Below are positions 17,358 through 27,100 of a DNA stretch of 33,609 nt, piece by piece (positions within the stretch are counted from its first letter, which is position 1; every line of letters starts with the position of its first letter). This DNA is from a bacterium (GTDB lineage Bacteria; Krumholzibacteriota; Krumholzibacteriia; Krumholzibacteriales; WJIX01). The stretch is from contig WJIX01000240.1 in the NCBI GenBank assembly GCA_014730075.1, positions 1 through 33,609 on the forward strand, written 5' to 3'. The translations under genes and the position numbers were made by a program. The notes beneath the pieces are model-generated. The model saw only the letters and a list, made by a program, of their open reading frames with translations, was not told the DNA's origin and did no database searches.

Positions 17358-18071
17358 TTATACCTTCATGGCGTGAATCCGTATCCCGCCGATATCCACA
17401 CCCCTTCTCTCCAGAACCCGGAAAGCCGACTTGACAAAGAACATATACATATCCTCCGGCATCCTGATGTGGATCCCCGGACTGTCCCCGCCACCTATCA
17501 ATCTACTCATCGAATTGATCTTTCGCTCCAGCTCCTCTTCCTCCCGCTGGCTCAGGGCCCGGGGAGCAGCCGGCAGAAAATCGGGATAGAACAGGAAGAG
17601 TTCCCTGGCTTTTTCAATTATCAGTTCACCGGACATACCCTCTTCCAGCTTCCTTATCAGTCCCTCCGCGCTCTCCCTGAAGCCTGATATATCGGAATAT
17701 CCCAACCCCCCGCATACCGATACCATGAATCCATCCTCGGGGACCGGCTGAAAAACTCTCTCCATTCCAAGCTTCGCTGACAGCTCCATGAACGAACTTC
17801 TGAGATCCTCTATCATATCCCTTTTCATCCCATTCCCTTCGGCCAGGTCGAAGACATCGATCATAAGATAGCTCCCCTGAATCCTGTTGGGATTCTCAAT
17901 CACCGGCAACCTGGACTGCTGCTCTCCCTTTCCTTCGCCGGTATTGCCGCTTCCCAGGTTGGTAGACATGGTCACCAGAAAGAATATCAGGAGAATGAAT
18001 ATTATGTCGATCAGCGGGGTCTTGCCCGGCTCTCTTCTTGATATCCTGGTATTCATCGAAAATCTGTTCAT
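17358..18071 (-). CDS. exbD: ExbD/TolR family biopolymer transporter subunit (copy 1) with enlarged periplasmic domain
   Basis: TPLIDIIFILLIFFLVT with the essential Asp. ATG 18071 lies 1 nt after the stop of the upstream exbB. The ORF caller's start at 18182 overlaps exbB. Confidence 0.8.
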   Translation of the reverse strand: MNRFSMNTRISRREPGKTPLIDIIFILLIFFLVTMSTNLGSGNTGEGKGEQQSRLPVIENPNRIQGSYLMIDVFDLAEGNGMKRDMIEDLRSSFMELSAKLGMERVFQPVPEDGFMVSVCGGLGYSDISGFRESAEGLIRKLEEGMSGELIIEKARELFLFYPDFLPAAPRALSQREEEELERKINSMSRLIGGGDSPGIHIRMPEDMYMFFVKSAFRVLERRGVDIGGIRIHAMKV

Positions 18072-18072
18072 A

Positions 18073-19395
18073 CTAAATCCTACCCCCCGCGGCGGCTCTA
18101 GCCAGACTCTCCTCAGATTTCTTCTCCACTCCGGATTCGGGCGAAACTGTACCCTCCCGGATGATATAATCTTCCTGCACAACCTGCGTGAGTGTATTCT
18201 CCACCGCGGAATCCACCCTGAGGGCGATCCTGGATCTTCTGAACTGAATCAGGTAGTAGAAAAGAAGAAAGAGTATCCCAACTATCAGGCCGAAAACGGT
18301 GGTGTTCAGAGCCAGATGGATCCCGCCGGAGAGATTCTCCAGCACCGCCCTGTTCTGCCCGGTTACAATAGTTTTTATCTTCAGATAGAGCCCCCCGAAA
18401 GAGTCGGAGATACCGATCACCGTGCCCAGGAGTCCCACCATCGGAGCCAGTACCCCGAAGCAGCGGATCATCTCTGCCGAGATCACCCAGCTCAACATCC
18501 TCCCCCCAGGTTCCAGCTCCCGGCTGAGCTGCCTGTTAACCCCCGAGTACATCCTGCTTCTCAATCTTTCGAGCTCGCGGCAGTTTCTGGCCGAATCGGC
18601 GCCGCCGGGATTCGAATGCAGCCTCCTGCGGTACTCATCCACGCCGGCCCTTATCTCCATCCGACTGAGCACAGGACATCCCTCCGTGGCCCTCTGCGCC
18701 TCCTCCAGCCCATCCGCATCCTTCACCTTTTCTGATGCGGCCGCCAGGTTCTCGAATTCACTCCCGTATAACCGGCGAAGGTGAACGTAAACGCTGAAAA
18801 GCCCCCATATAAGAATAATTATCAGGAGCGAGGCGATAACCCCTCCGTCGGAAACCGTCCTCCGGAGGCCAGCCAGGTTCTCCCGCACCGCTTTCCTGCT
18901 GCCCGGATATACCGTATCAGGCCTGGCCGTTATCTCCGCGGTCCCCAGCATGGGATCGCGGTTAAATCTTCTGCTGAACGGAGCCGATATGTCTCGATAT
19001 TCACCGCTTTCTTCCAGGGATACCGAAGCTGAAACGATCTCGCCCCGGTTGATGGTAAAATCGCCCAGGGATCTTCGGATCTTCAGATCACCTGAGTTTC
19101 CGACCGGGGACCCGTTGAAATAAACCGTGAAGGAGCACCCTTCCGGCTTCCGGATATCCCGGAAAAGAGGCTGGGCGAGGTCACCGCTCTCAATCTCCCG
19201 CCAGTTAAGGACCTCTTTGAGCTTCCACTCCAGCCTCAGCACACCGCTCCCGTCATTACGTTCGATTCCGGCATTGGTAATCTCCACTACGCAGTCCCTG
19301 CCCGCCCCTGAAGGTGATCCCGGCAGGGCCGCGAGCAGGATGGCCGCGAGAATCAAGCCCCCGGCCAATCCCTGATTTCTTTTTGATCTTCTCAT
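18073..19395 (-). CDS. MotA/TolQ/ExbB proton channel family protein with N-terminal exported beta-rich domain
   Basis: Motifs APMVGLLGTVIGI and LSGGIHLALNTTVFGLIVGI. Signal peptide and ~150-aa extracytoplasmic domain precede TM1. Confidence 0.88.
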   Translation of the reverse strand: MRRSKRNQGLAGGLILAAILLAALPGSPSGAGRDCVVEITNAGIERNDGSGVLRLEWKLKEVLNWREIESGDLAQPLFRDIRKPEGCSFTVYFNGSPVGNSGDLKIRRSLGDFTINRGEIVSASVSLEESGEYRDISAPFSRRFNRDPMLGTAEITARPDTVYPGSRKAVRENLAGLRRTVSDGGVIASLLIIILIWGLFSVYVHLRRLYGSEFENLAAASEKVKDADGLEEAQRATEGCPVLSRMEIRAGVDEYRRRLHSNPGGADSARNCRELERLRSRMYSGVNRQLSRELEPGGRMLSWVISAEMIRCFGVLAPMVGLLGTVIGISDSFGGLYLKIKTIVTGQNRAVLENLSGGIHLALNTTVFGLIVGILFLLFYYLIQFRRSRIALRVDSAVENTLTQVVQEDYIIREGTVSPESGVEKKSEESLARAAAGGRI

Positions 19396-19400
19396 CCCGG

Positions 19401-20981
19401 CTACGCCTCGTTGGTTATATCCACTATAAAGTTCTCTATGCTTGCCGCTTTCTTGCTGATGGTATTCTTGAACAGGTAGTACATGGTGAATGAAAGTATA
19501 CCCAGCACCAGCCCCACTATGGTGGTGGAGAGAGCGACATTGATCTCCCCTGAAAGCTCACTAATTATCTTGCTCTGGCTGTGAAGCCCGCCCAGTTTGC
19601 CAAAGGCGGTGGATATTCCCACCACGGTCCCGAACAGCCCTACCAGAGGGCTGATGCTGCCAATAGTCCAGAGTTTGTCCACAATCCTGTTCCTGCGGTC
19701 CACCTTGGTAACGATGACCCTGTCTATGGCCCTGTCTATCTCCTGAGAGGCCCACCAGTTATTCTGGTTGATCAGGTGGTTGTGCAGGCCGGCCTTGAGT
19801 ATCTCGAAAAGATCGAATCTCCTGTCAGCGATACCGCTGATGATCTCCTTGATCCTGGGCCTGGCATAGTCGTGCCATTCCCCGCGGGAGTCCGGGCCGG
19901 TGCAGATATCGGCAAAATCTTTCATATCATCCACTTCGACTCTCACCCTCTTCTCTTCCTGCCCGGTTATATCGTTACCGGAGCTGGCGGCCAGGCGTTC
20001 CACGTCCACCGATTTGCCCAGCACCTCTTTCACGAAGGGATAGTCAACAGCTTTCCTGATGATCTCCCCGGCACTTAGTTCCCGGCCTTCCCGGAGTCCG
20101 GCAACGAACTGCCGGATCTGCTCCTTCTGGGGGTCGGCCGCGCCGGTCTTCAGAATGATGCTGACCCAGCGGGCTCTCGCATCGGCCACCTTCCCGCCGA
20201 ACATCTGATTTACATCGGTAAATGGTATTATCCCGGCCAGCCGGCTGTCACCCGGTGACCAGGCGCTCATTGATGATTTTATGGCGCTGTAGAGAAACCA
20301 GAGAAACAGCAGGAATATCACCCCGAACACATACTGGAAAAGGTGCTCGTAGTGGTCCATATTATGCCAGATGGTGTAGACTATCTCCCCGATACCCTTG
20401 CCCGCAGGTTTTCCCATGGAGGGGGGTATCTCAGTCAATTCTATTCTCCCGGCATTAATCCCTCTTGCCGCCACCAGCCGGGATGGCCGGTCATGAGGCA
20501 ACTGGTATCCCTCCCTGAGGGAGGTCATTGCCCTGGCGCTGATCTCTATCCTGGGCCTTCCCTCACCCCTGCCCGGCTTGACCACCGTGAAATCAAGATA
20601 ATTGGGGCCGGCTCCGGGGTCCACGGCACCACCGGTGTAATTCCAGCTGTCCACAATCCCTGATACGTATTCCCACATCTCAGCGGGTCCGCTGCGCAGG
20701 CTCTCTACCAGAATGGCAGTCCTGTAAACATCACCGCTTTCTCCAATATAGGCCCGGACTGTTACACGCCCCGGACTCATTGAATTCAAATCCAATTCAT
20801 CCTGCGCGGGAGGGTCCAGCCTGAAATCCGCGGCTGCCAGGCCGGAGGACTGAACAACTAATATCGCCGTCAGAACCAGCGGCACCAGAACCCGGGTGTA
20901 AACTCGCGTCGTTTTCATCTTAACCTGCCTTCTCCGATTCTCAGCGGCCCGCCGTACCGGCTTTCTGACCCGCGGCATCAT
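19401..20981 (-). CDS. MotA/TolQ/ExbB proton channel family protein with N-terminal exported domain and enlarged cytoplasmic domain
   Basis: Motifs SPLVGLFGTVVGI and LSGEINVALSTTIVGLVLGI. Signal peptide, then TM1 YVFGVIFLLFLWFLY. Alternative start at ATG 20918. Confidence 0.88.
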   Translation of the reverse strand: MMPRVRKPVRRAAENRRRQVKMKTTRVYTRVLVPLVLTAILVVQSSGLAAADFRLDPPAQDELDLNSMSPGRVTVRAYIGESGDVYRTAILVESLRSGPAEMWEYVSGIVDSWNYTGGAVDPGAGPNYLDFTVVKPGRGEGRPRIEISARAMTSLREGYQLPHDRPSRLVAARGINAGRIELTEIPPSMGKPAGKGIGEIVYTIWHNMDHYEHLFQYVFGVIFLLFLWFLYSAIKSSMSAWSPGDSRLAGIIPFTDVNQMFGGKVADARARWVSIILKTGAADPQKEQIRQFVAGLREGRELSAGEIIRKAVDYPFVKEVLGKSVDVERLAASSGNDITGQEEKRVRVEVDDMKDFADICTGPDSRGEWHDYARPRIKEIISGIADRRFDLFEILKAGLHNHLINQNNWWASQEIDRAIDRVIVTKVDRRNRIVDKLWTIGSISPLVGLFGTVVGISTAFGKLGGLHSQSKIISELSGEINVALSTTIVGLVLGILSFTMYYLFKNTISKKAASIENFIVDITNEA

Positions 20982-20982
20982 G

Positions 20983-23073
20983 CTACCTGGGCCAGAAGAT
21001 CCCGTCGGCGCCGCTGTTAGTTCTGTAGAATTCGACTATCTTGCCCGCGGCCTCCCTGAGCTGTTCTCCGGTGGCCGCACCGTCTATATGAGCGCTTAGA
21101 ATATTGAATGCCGATCCCCCGGTAAATCTCTCCAGCGGATCGGAGAGCATCTCCCTGATCCGCTCCCTCTCCATCTCGCCGCCTCTTACGATCTGAATGC
21201 AGTTCTTCAGGAGAATGGCGTCGTCGGCGATTATTCCGTCAGGGATGAAAGGGGTTGCCGGGTAGTATGAAAGGGCGAACACCCCCGATTCGTTCCGCCC
21301 GATAACCTGGTCCAGAAGATCCACATCTTTTTCTCTTATGCCCAGCAGGAACTCCAGGTATACCCTCAGGTAAGCTTCATTTCTGATTCCAGGCCGATCA
21401 GTCCGTAAGACCTTTTTGAGCGAGGCTGTCTCGACGGGGTCCGAAAGGGCCAGGAAATAGTGCCTGTCCCATTCGCTGAACGCCCTGTTCCTCGAGGCCA
21501 GCCCCTTTTCTGACACCACCTCATCCACCTCATCTCCCCTTCCGGCCAGTATCAGGTCTGTAATATAGTAGCGCAGTGCTTCGATGTTATCTGTCCTGGT
21601 TAATCTATCCAGCCTCCCGGCGCAGTCATCAAGAAAACTGCCGAATTCGCCCCGCCAGTTGCGGAGGCTCTCCTGCAGGTTGTCACTCCCACCGGAAGGG
21701 ACCTTGTTCTCGATAACCAGTTCCCGGTAATCCTCCACCGCTCTCCTGATCCTGAACAGCCAACCGGTGATCCCCAGTATGAATTCATCATATCGGTTGT
21801 GATTCTCGGAGCCGGCCGCCAAACTGTTCCTGAGTTCTCTTCCGATCCTGTAATAACCCCTCCTGCTGCTTCCGGATGCCGCGCTGTCCGGGTGGGCCAG
21901 GGCCGGGTCCCTGGGATAATTCATGAACCTTCTTATCAGGTTGCTCGGGGCAGCCGATCCAAGATCGGCCCCCGGCTCCTGCACCTCGCTCTCCGGCGAT
22001 CCGGGGCCGAATACCATCCGCAGAGAGAGGAAATTGGCCGATGAGAGAACCGGGTGAGGCCTCTGAGCGAAATCCAGGCCTATGAATCCTTTCCATCCGA
22101 GAAGTGATATATCACAGCCCCGGAGTCCGAATCCCCACGAGTAACCGCTCTCATCGCCGCTCTCCGCGGAGAGGTTGACTCCTCCCCTCATGGAGAGCAT
22201 AAAATCTCCGTACAGGGGAAGCTGGTACTCGCATCCGATTCTGTGGTCCTCCTCGCGCCATGATGACAGGACCCTGTCGAACTGGTATGAGGCGACAAGC
22301 TTTCCCGGTACCGAAGGTATCCTTATATCGCTGTTGCTGAGCCCCAGGCTGAATGAATTGGGGTAATCCTGTTCACTCCTGAGCAGCTCCTCGCCGGTTG
22401 CGGCGTGATATACCGCTCCAAACCTCCAGGGCATGAGATGCCTTATGGGAACAATCCCCAGAAGAGACCACCTGGGTGGATTTATCAGCTGGGCCATTAT
22501 CCCGAAATCCGCTCCGGCGCCCCAGTCACTGTATCCGTTGAGTTCATGGTTGAAAGCGATAAGGTTGACGCCTGCGGCCAGCCTGCCCAGATGGCTTATC
22601 CGGTCGTATGCCGCCGAGGCAGAGAGAGCCATCTGACTGTCGTCGAAGCTTCCTCCCAGAAACCGGTCGTCCGCGCTGTATGGTTCGAATCCTTCCATCC
22701 TGAATCCCAGCAGGCCCAGCCCGAAAGCAAGCTTGGACTCCCTGTCCGGGAATCCGTAACAGGGATAACCAGCCGCTCCGTAGAGCAGCCGGGAGTCCAG
22801 ATGCAGTTCGGTCTGCATGAACTGCAGGGAAGGGCGGCTCAGCTGAGCCAGACCGGCCGGGTTCCAGAATACAGCGGTGGCATCGTCCGCCAGCGCGGTA
22901 TAGGCCCCTCCCATTGCCATCGCCCTGGCTCCCGCTCCATACCTAAGGAATTCTCCTCCGCTGCCGGCTTCTCCACTTCCGGCACGCGCGGCCCCGGCTC
23001 CTGCCATAATGGCCAGCGACAGGAGTACAGGGAGGATAAATCCGGTCCTTGACATAAACTTTCTTCTATTCAT
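20983..23073 (-). CDS. PorV/PorQ (UPF0164, FadL-like) outer-membrane beta-barrel fused to a ~340-aa C-terminal helical domain
   Basis: Signature FLRYGAGARAMAMGGAYTALADDATAVFWNPAGLAQL. Alternating beta-strands end at FLSLRMVFG (~22005). ATG 23073 overlaps the upstream stop (ATGA). Confidence 0.85.
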   Translation of the reverse strand: MNRRKFMSRTGFILPVLLSLAIMAGAGAARAGSGEAGSGGEFLRYGAGARAMAMGGAYTALADDATAVFWNPAGLAQLSRPSLQFMQTELHLDSRLLYGAAGYPCYGFPDRESKLAFGLGLLGFRMEGFEPYSADDRFLGGSFDDSQMALSASAAYDRISHLGRLAAGVNLIAFNHELNGYSDWGAGADFGIMAQLINPPRWSLLGIVPIRHLMPWRFGAVYHAATGEELLRSEQDYPNSFSLGLSNSDIRIPSVPGKLVASYQFDRVLSSWREEDHRIGCEYQLPLYGDFMLSMRGGVNLSAESGDESGYSWGFGLRGCDISLLGWKGFIGLDFAQRPHPVLSSANFLSLRMVFGPGSPESEVQEPGADLGSAAPSNLIRRFMNYPRDPALAHPDSAASGSSRRGYYRIGRELRNSLAAGSENHNRYDEFILGITGWLFRIRRAVEDYRELVIENKVPSGGSDNLQESLRNWRGEFGSFLDDCAGRLDRLTRTDNIEALRYYITDLILAGRGDEVDEVVSEKGLASRNRAFSEWDRHYFLALSDPVETASLKKVLRTDRPGIRNEAYLRVYLEFLLGIREKDVDLLDQVIGRNESGVFALSYYPATPFIPDGIIADDAILLKNCIQIVRGGEMERERIREMLSDPLERFTGGSAFNILSAHIDGAATGEQLREAAGKIVEFYRTNSGADGIFWPR

Positions 23074-24098
23074 TTCAGTACTGCTACCTTGCATTTATAA
23101 TCTCTTTCTCCCTCTATCACGCAGATATATCCTCCATTTGACACTATCCTGCCCCTGCCGTTTCTTCCATCCCATGAGATCTCGTTCCAGCCGCGCCCTC
23201 CATTGTCCGATTTCTTCAGGACCAGGTTGCCGAACCTGTCATACAGATAAACAGTCACCCTGCGGGGCCCGTTCAGCCTGTAGACAATATTTGCTTTCTC
23301 TCCCCTTTCCGGATTGAACGGATTGGGATAGCAGTGGGCTCCCTGCTCATACATTATTTCTGTCCGTAATGGAGTGCTGCGGTTGCCCGCCCGGTCAACC
23401 AGGCAGGTATAGAGGACCTTGCGCTCGTAACCGGCTGATAACCTGTAGCTGACCGAACCGGAGAATGAGCCAGAGGGGTAATCTCGAACCACCCCGCTGA
23501 AACTGCTGTCTCTTTCAGCCAGCCGGATCAAATCGCATCCGCTGCTGTTGGCATTGTCCCAACCCTGGTAATCTATCTCTATTTCCGGCCTGGAAACCCA
23601 GACCCCACCCCCGGCCGAACCGTTAACGGCCAGTGATATAATCTCCGGAGCGGTGGTATCAGCCACCGTACTGACGGTCTCCGCCGAGGGGGATATCCTT
23701 CCCTGTTCATCCACCGAATAAACCCGGCAGTAGACCGTATCCTCCACGGAGAGATGCACCGAGCAGGAGCTGATTCCGGAATCCCACAGGCTGCAGGTCA
23801 GTACCGTATCGAAATCTTCTGAATCTGAAGAGACCACCCAGTAGTGGGCTATCTCCCCGTTTATTTCCGGTTCCCAATCTATCTCGATGCTGCCCAGGTG
23901 ACCGGTATAGGGATCCAGCTCACTGACAGAAGGAGCGGGAAGCAGGTGGTTTACCTCGAATGAATCGGGGGGAAGACAGACCAGGGGGCCGAGAAGCAGG
24001 CTCCGGCCGGGAGATCTCTCCTGACAGAAGCTCGCTGCAGCCAGCCCGGCAAGGACTGCCATTATTAATAACATAATCAGGAAGCAATTCTTTCTCAA
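23070..24098 (-). CDS. Exported Ig/FN3-like protein with C-terminal FlgD-Ig / T9SS-type sorting domain
   Basis: Signal peptide MRKNCFLIMLLIMAVLAGLAAA (TTG 24098, AGGAG 9 nt upstream; ORF caller gives 24107). Motifs DTTAP and VDRAGN. Tail CYPNPFNP...WDGRNGRGRIVSNGGYIC...KVAVLK. Confidence 0.8.
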   Translation of the reverse strand: MRKNCFLIMLLIMAVLAGLAAASFCQERSPGRSLLLGPLVCLPPDSFEVNHLLPAPSVSELDPYTGHLGSIEIDWEPEINGEIAHYWVVSSDSEDFDTVLTCSLWDSGISSCSVHLSVEDTVYCRVYSVDEQGRISPSAETVSTVADTTAPEIISLAVNGSAGGGVWVSRPEIEIDYQGWDNANSSGCDLIRLAERDSSFSGVVRDYPSGSFSGSVSYRLSAGYERKVLYTCLVDRAGNRSTPLRTEIMYEQGAHCYPNPFNPERGEKANIVYRLNGPRRVTVYLYDRFGNLVLKKSDNGGRGWNEISWDGRNGRGRIVSNGGYICVIEGERDYKCKVAVLK

Positions 24099-24114
24099 AA
24101 CGGTCAACTCCTTG

Positions 24115-27100
24115 CTATCTGAGCAGAATCATCTTTCTTGTCTCGGTGCGCCCGGCGGCGGTAAGCCTGTAGAAATAGACTCCGCTGGACACCATCCTGT
24201 TCTCGCTGTTTCTCCCGTCCCAGGGGATCGAATACCTTCCCGAATTCTTTCGCCCCTCTGCAAGTTCTCTCACTACCCTTCCCCTGACATCGTATACAAC
24301 CAGCCTTACTTCGGCGGAACAGGGCAGGTCGAAACTTATCATGGTTATCGGATTGAAGGGATTGGGATGGTTCTGGTACAGGCGGAACCCGCCCGGGGCG
24401 GTATCGTAACCACGGCTGAGCTCCGGTGGTTCTTCTCCGTCGGGGTACCGGAAAACCTTCGACCAGCAGCTCTGGTAATCTCCCCTGTACGCCTTGATGT
24501 GAAAATAGATGGTATCGTTCTGAATAAAATCAGTGCCGGTATTGAAAGTGTACTCCCTGACTCCCGCATCCTCTATAATCGCCACCGCCTCATCCTCCAG
24601 GAATTTCATCAGTTCGGTCCCCAGATAACCGCTGTAATTTGAGCATTCTGCTATGAAACCGTCAACAGGCTGCTCGCCGGGGTACTGCCATATGATCTTT
24701 CTGGCGCTGATCGCTCTGACACTGTCCGGTGCGGGAAGCACCTCCAGGCAGCTGACCCCGTTATTGCCGTTCTGCTGATTGCCCAGCCGGTCCACCGGCC
24801 TCACGGTATACTGGAACAGGCAGTTATTGGCCTCTACCGCCCGAACTCCCCTGTCCACGGCGAAGGTGTCGGTTACTGCGGATATAAGTTCGAAATTCTC
24901 TCCGGGGGAGGACCTGTATACGGCGTAATGGCCCATCCCGCTTCCCGGCAGAACATCTTCCGTCCCGGTCCAGGACAGGAATACATCAACGCTGTCAGGG
25001 GCGCTGGATGAATCAGCTCTCACCGCATAGACCGAAAGTCGGTCAACCGGCCAGGGAGGATTCTCATCGTGGACAGCCACGGCGGGCTGATCCGAAAAAC
25101 ACTCCCCGTACTGGTCCGACCAGGGGGATTCATTACCCCACCTGTCCCTTCCCTTTACCCTGCAGTACAACTGGTAGGTGGAAGGGTTCAGGAGTGAACT
25201 GACATCGAGGCGGGCACCCATTTGGCCGGCCGGCAGCCAGCCGCTCTCACAGACCTGGCTGAAACCAGGGCTGTTGCTGACCTGTATCAGGCAGTATTCT
25301 GCGCCGCGGCTCTTCTGTGCCGCCTCGCAGCCAGTCCCGGCCCACTCCCAGCCTATCCGAACCGAATCTCCGGCGAAATAGATCCCTCCCCGGGTACTGA
25401 CCCGGGGGGTATAAGCCCATGCGGGAGAAATCGCGGCGCTGCAGCTGTCCGCTGCCGCGCTCTGGCCGGAACGGTCTACCGGTGATATCCGGTAGGTGTA
25501 AATGTAATCCACATCCAGGCTGTCATCCCTCATGGAGTATATCGAGTCGGGAGGATTGTAGGGCACCATCCAGGTCCTGTCATTCCCCTCACCTCCGGAG
25601 CGCTCAATCCTGAAATGCTCCACTATTCCGGGCATGGAACCATACTCCCAGTGAAGGTCCATGATTCCGCTCTGGCGGTCAGCGCCAGGCTCGAGGGGCT
25701 GGGGCTGAAGGGTAAAACTGGACACCCCCTCCGGCTTGCTCTTGAATGGTATGATGCAGGGTGCCGACCACTGCGATTCCAGTCCCGGGCTGCCGGCAGT
25801 TTCTCTGACCCGGACACTGTAATACCCGCTCTGGTAGGCACAGTATCTTATACCGGTGTCTCCTATTCCATAGATGGTAGTGTCAACGCCCGCTCCTTCG
25901 GAGGTGACGTGCATCTGGTAGCTCAGTTCCGTCCCAATGCTGGGCCGGGGAGCTGACCAGCTGAGGTCAATACACCTGTTCTCCCAGAGTGGCGAATCGT
26001 CACAGGAGATGACCGGGGCTCTGGCGCAGTATGCCTCGGCCTGGCTGTTTCCGGTTTCTCTGACATTTCCCAGCAGGTCCACCGGCTGTACTGAGAAACG
26101 GTAATACTTGTAAGTGGTGTCATCCTGGAATGGTACGCAGGCGGAGGTGTCAGGTGTTTCGGCCACCAGCAGGGAGTCTGACCGGGAAAGGTACTTCCAG
26201 ACCCTGTAACCGGCCACTTCGGTAATCCGGTCCTCCGGCTCGGACCATGAGAGTTGGTAGCCCCCGCACCCCGCCGAAATCCCGGTGGCGGCAAGATCCA
26301 GAACCGGCTGACTGGGGCTGCTGTCCCTGGTCAGGAAACGGGGTGATGACCAAAGGCTCTTGAGGCCGTCATTATATTCCGCCTTTACTCTGATCCTGTA
26401 AAACCCCTCCGTGGGAAGGGGAAGCTTGAAGATATATGAATCGGTGTTGTAGAAGCTTATTGTGTCGTCCCCGCATTCAAAGATGTAGCTGTTGAGATTG
26501 CCGTTGTCGAAATCCGGGTCAATCTGTACTGACACCGTATCATCCCGCACGAAGCAATCTTCACCCACGGAGAGATCACATTCGGGATAGAGGTCTGGTC
26601 CTGAGGGTATCCGGGCGCAGGTATAATCTCCCTCTTCCGGGAACTGATAATTGCGGATATTGCCCACCCTGTCCACAGCCCCTACAAAGTAGCAGCATTC
26701 ACCGCCGTCCATGAGGTTCTGCTCCGCCAGCGTATCACGGAAGGTTTTACCCCGGATATCAATCGCAGCCGCCTGGAAGGAAGAGCCGGGTAACCTGCGG
26801 TAGATCCGGTAGCTTTCCAGGCCGCTCTCCCGGTCCACCGTCTCCTCCCAGCTCAGATCCATGCAGTAAGCTTCCGAGTCCCGGGTCATCCCGGGTGTTA
26901 CCGTAAGGTTCAGTACATCACCGGGTGGAAAGATATCCATTTCCAGGGTGTCGCAGGAATTCGGCCGCAGCGGTGAACACGAGAATTTGCTGATATTCCC
27001 CACCGAGTCCCTGGCCCTGGCCCTGAAAAGGTAAAGATGCCCATTAACAAAACTGGAATCACTGCCGGGCGGAAGCAGGTTGAAGCCGTTCTGGACCCAG

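Noticed and set aside
17887-18735. 282-aa plus-strand ORF, and similar long antisense ORFs at 4859-5527, 6420-7100, 22405-23052, 27037-27666 and 32672-33412
   Set aside because: All lie opposite motif-bearing genes and lack recognisable domains. Such ORFs are expected in GC-rich coding DNA.
16684-20981. Calling the motor genes a canonical Tol-Pal, Ton or flagellar MotAB system
   Set aside because: There is no tolA/tolB/pal, TonB-dependent receptor or OmpA-like MotB peptidoglycan-binding domain. The FlgD-like tails here are sorting domains, not flagellar genes.
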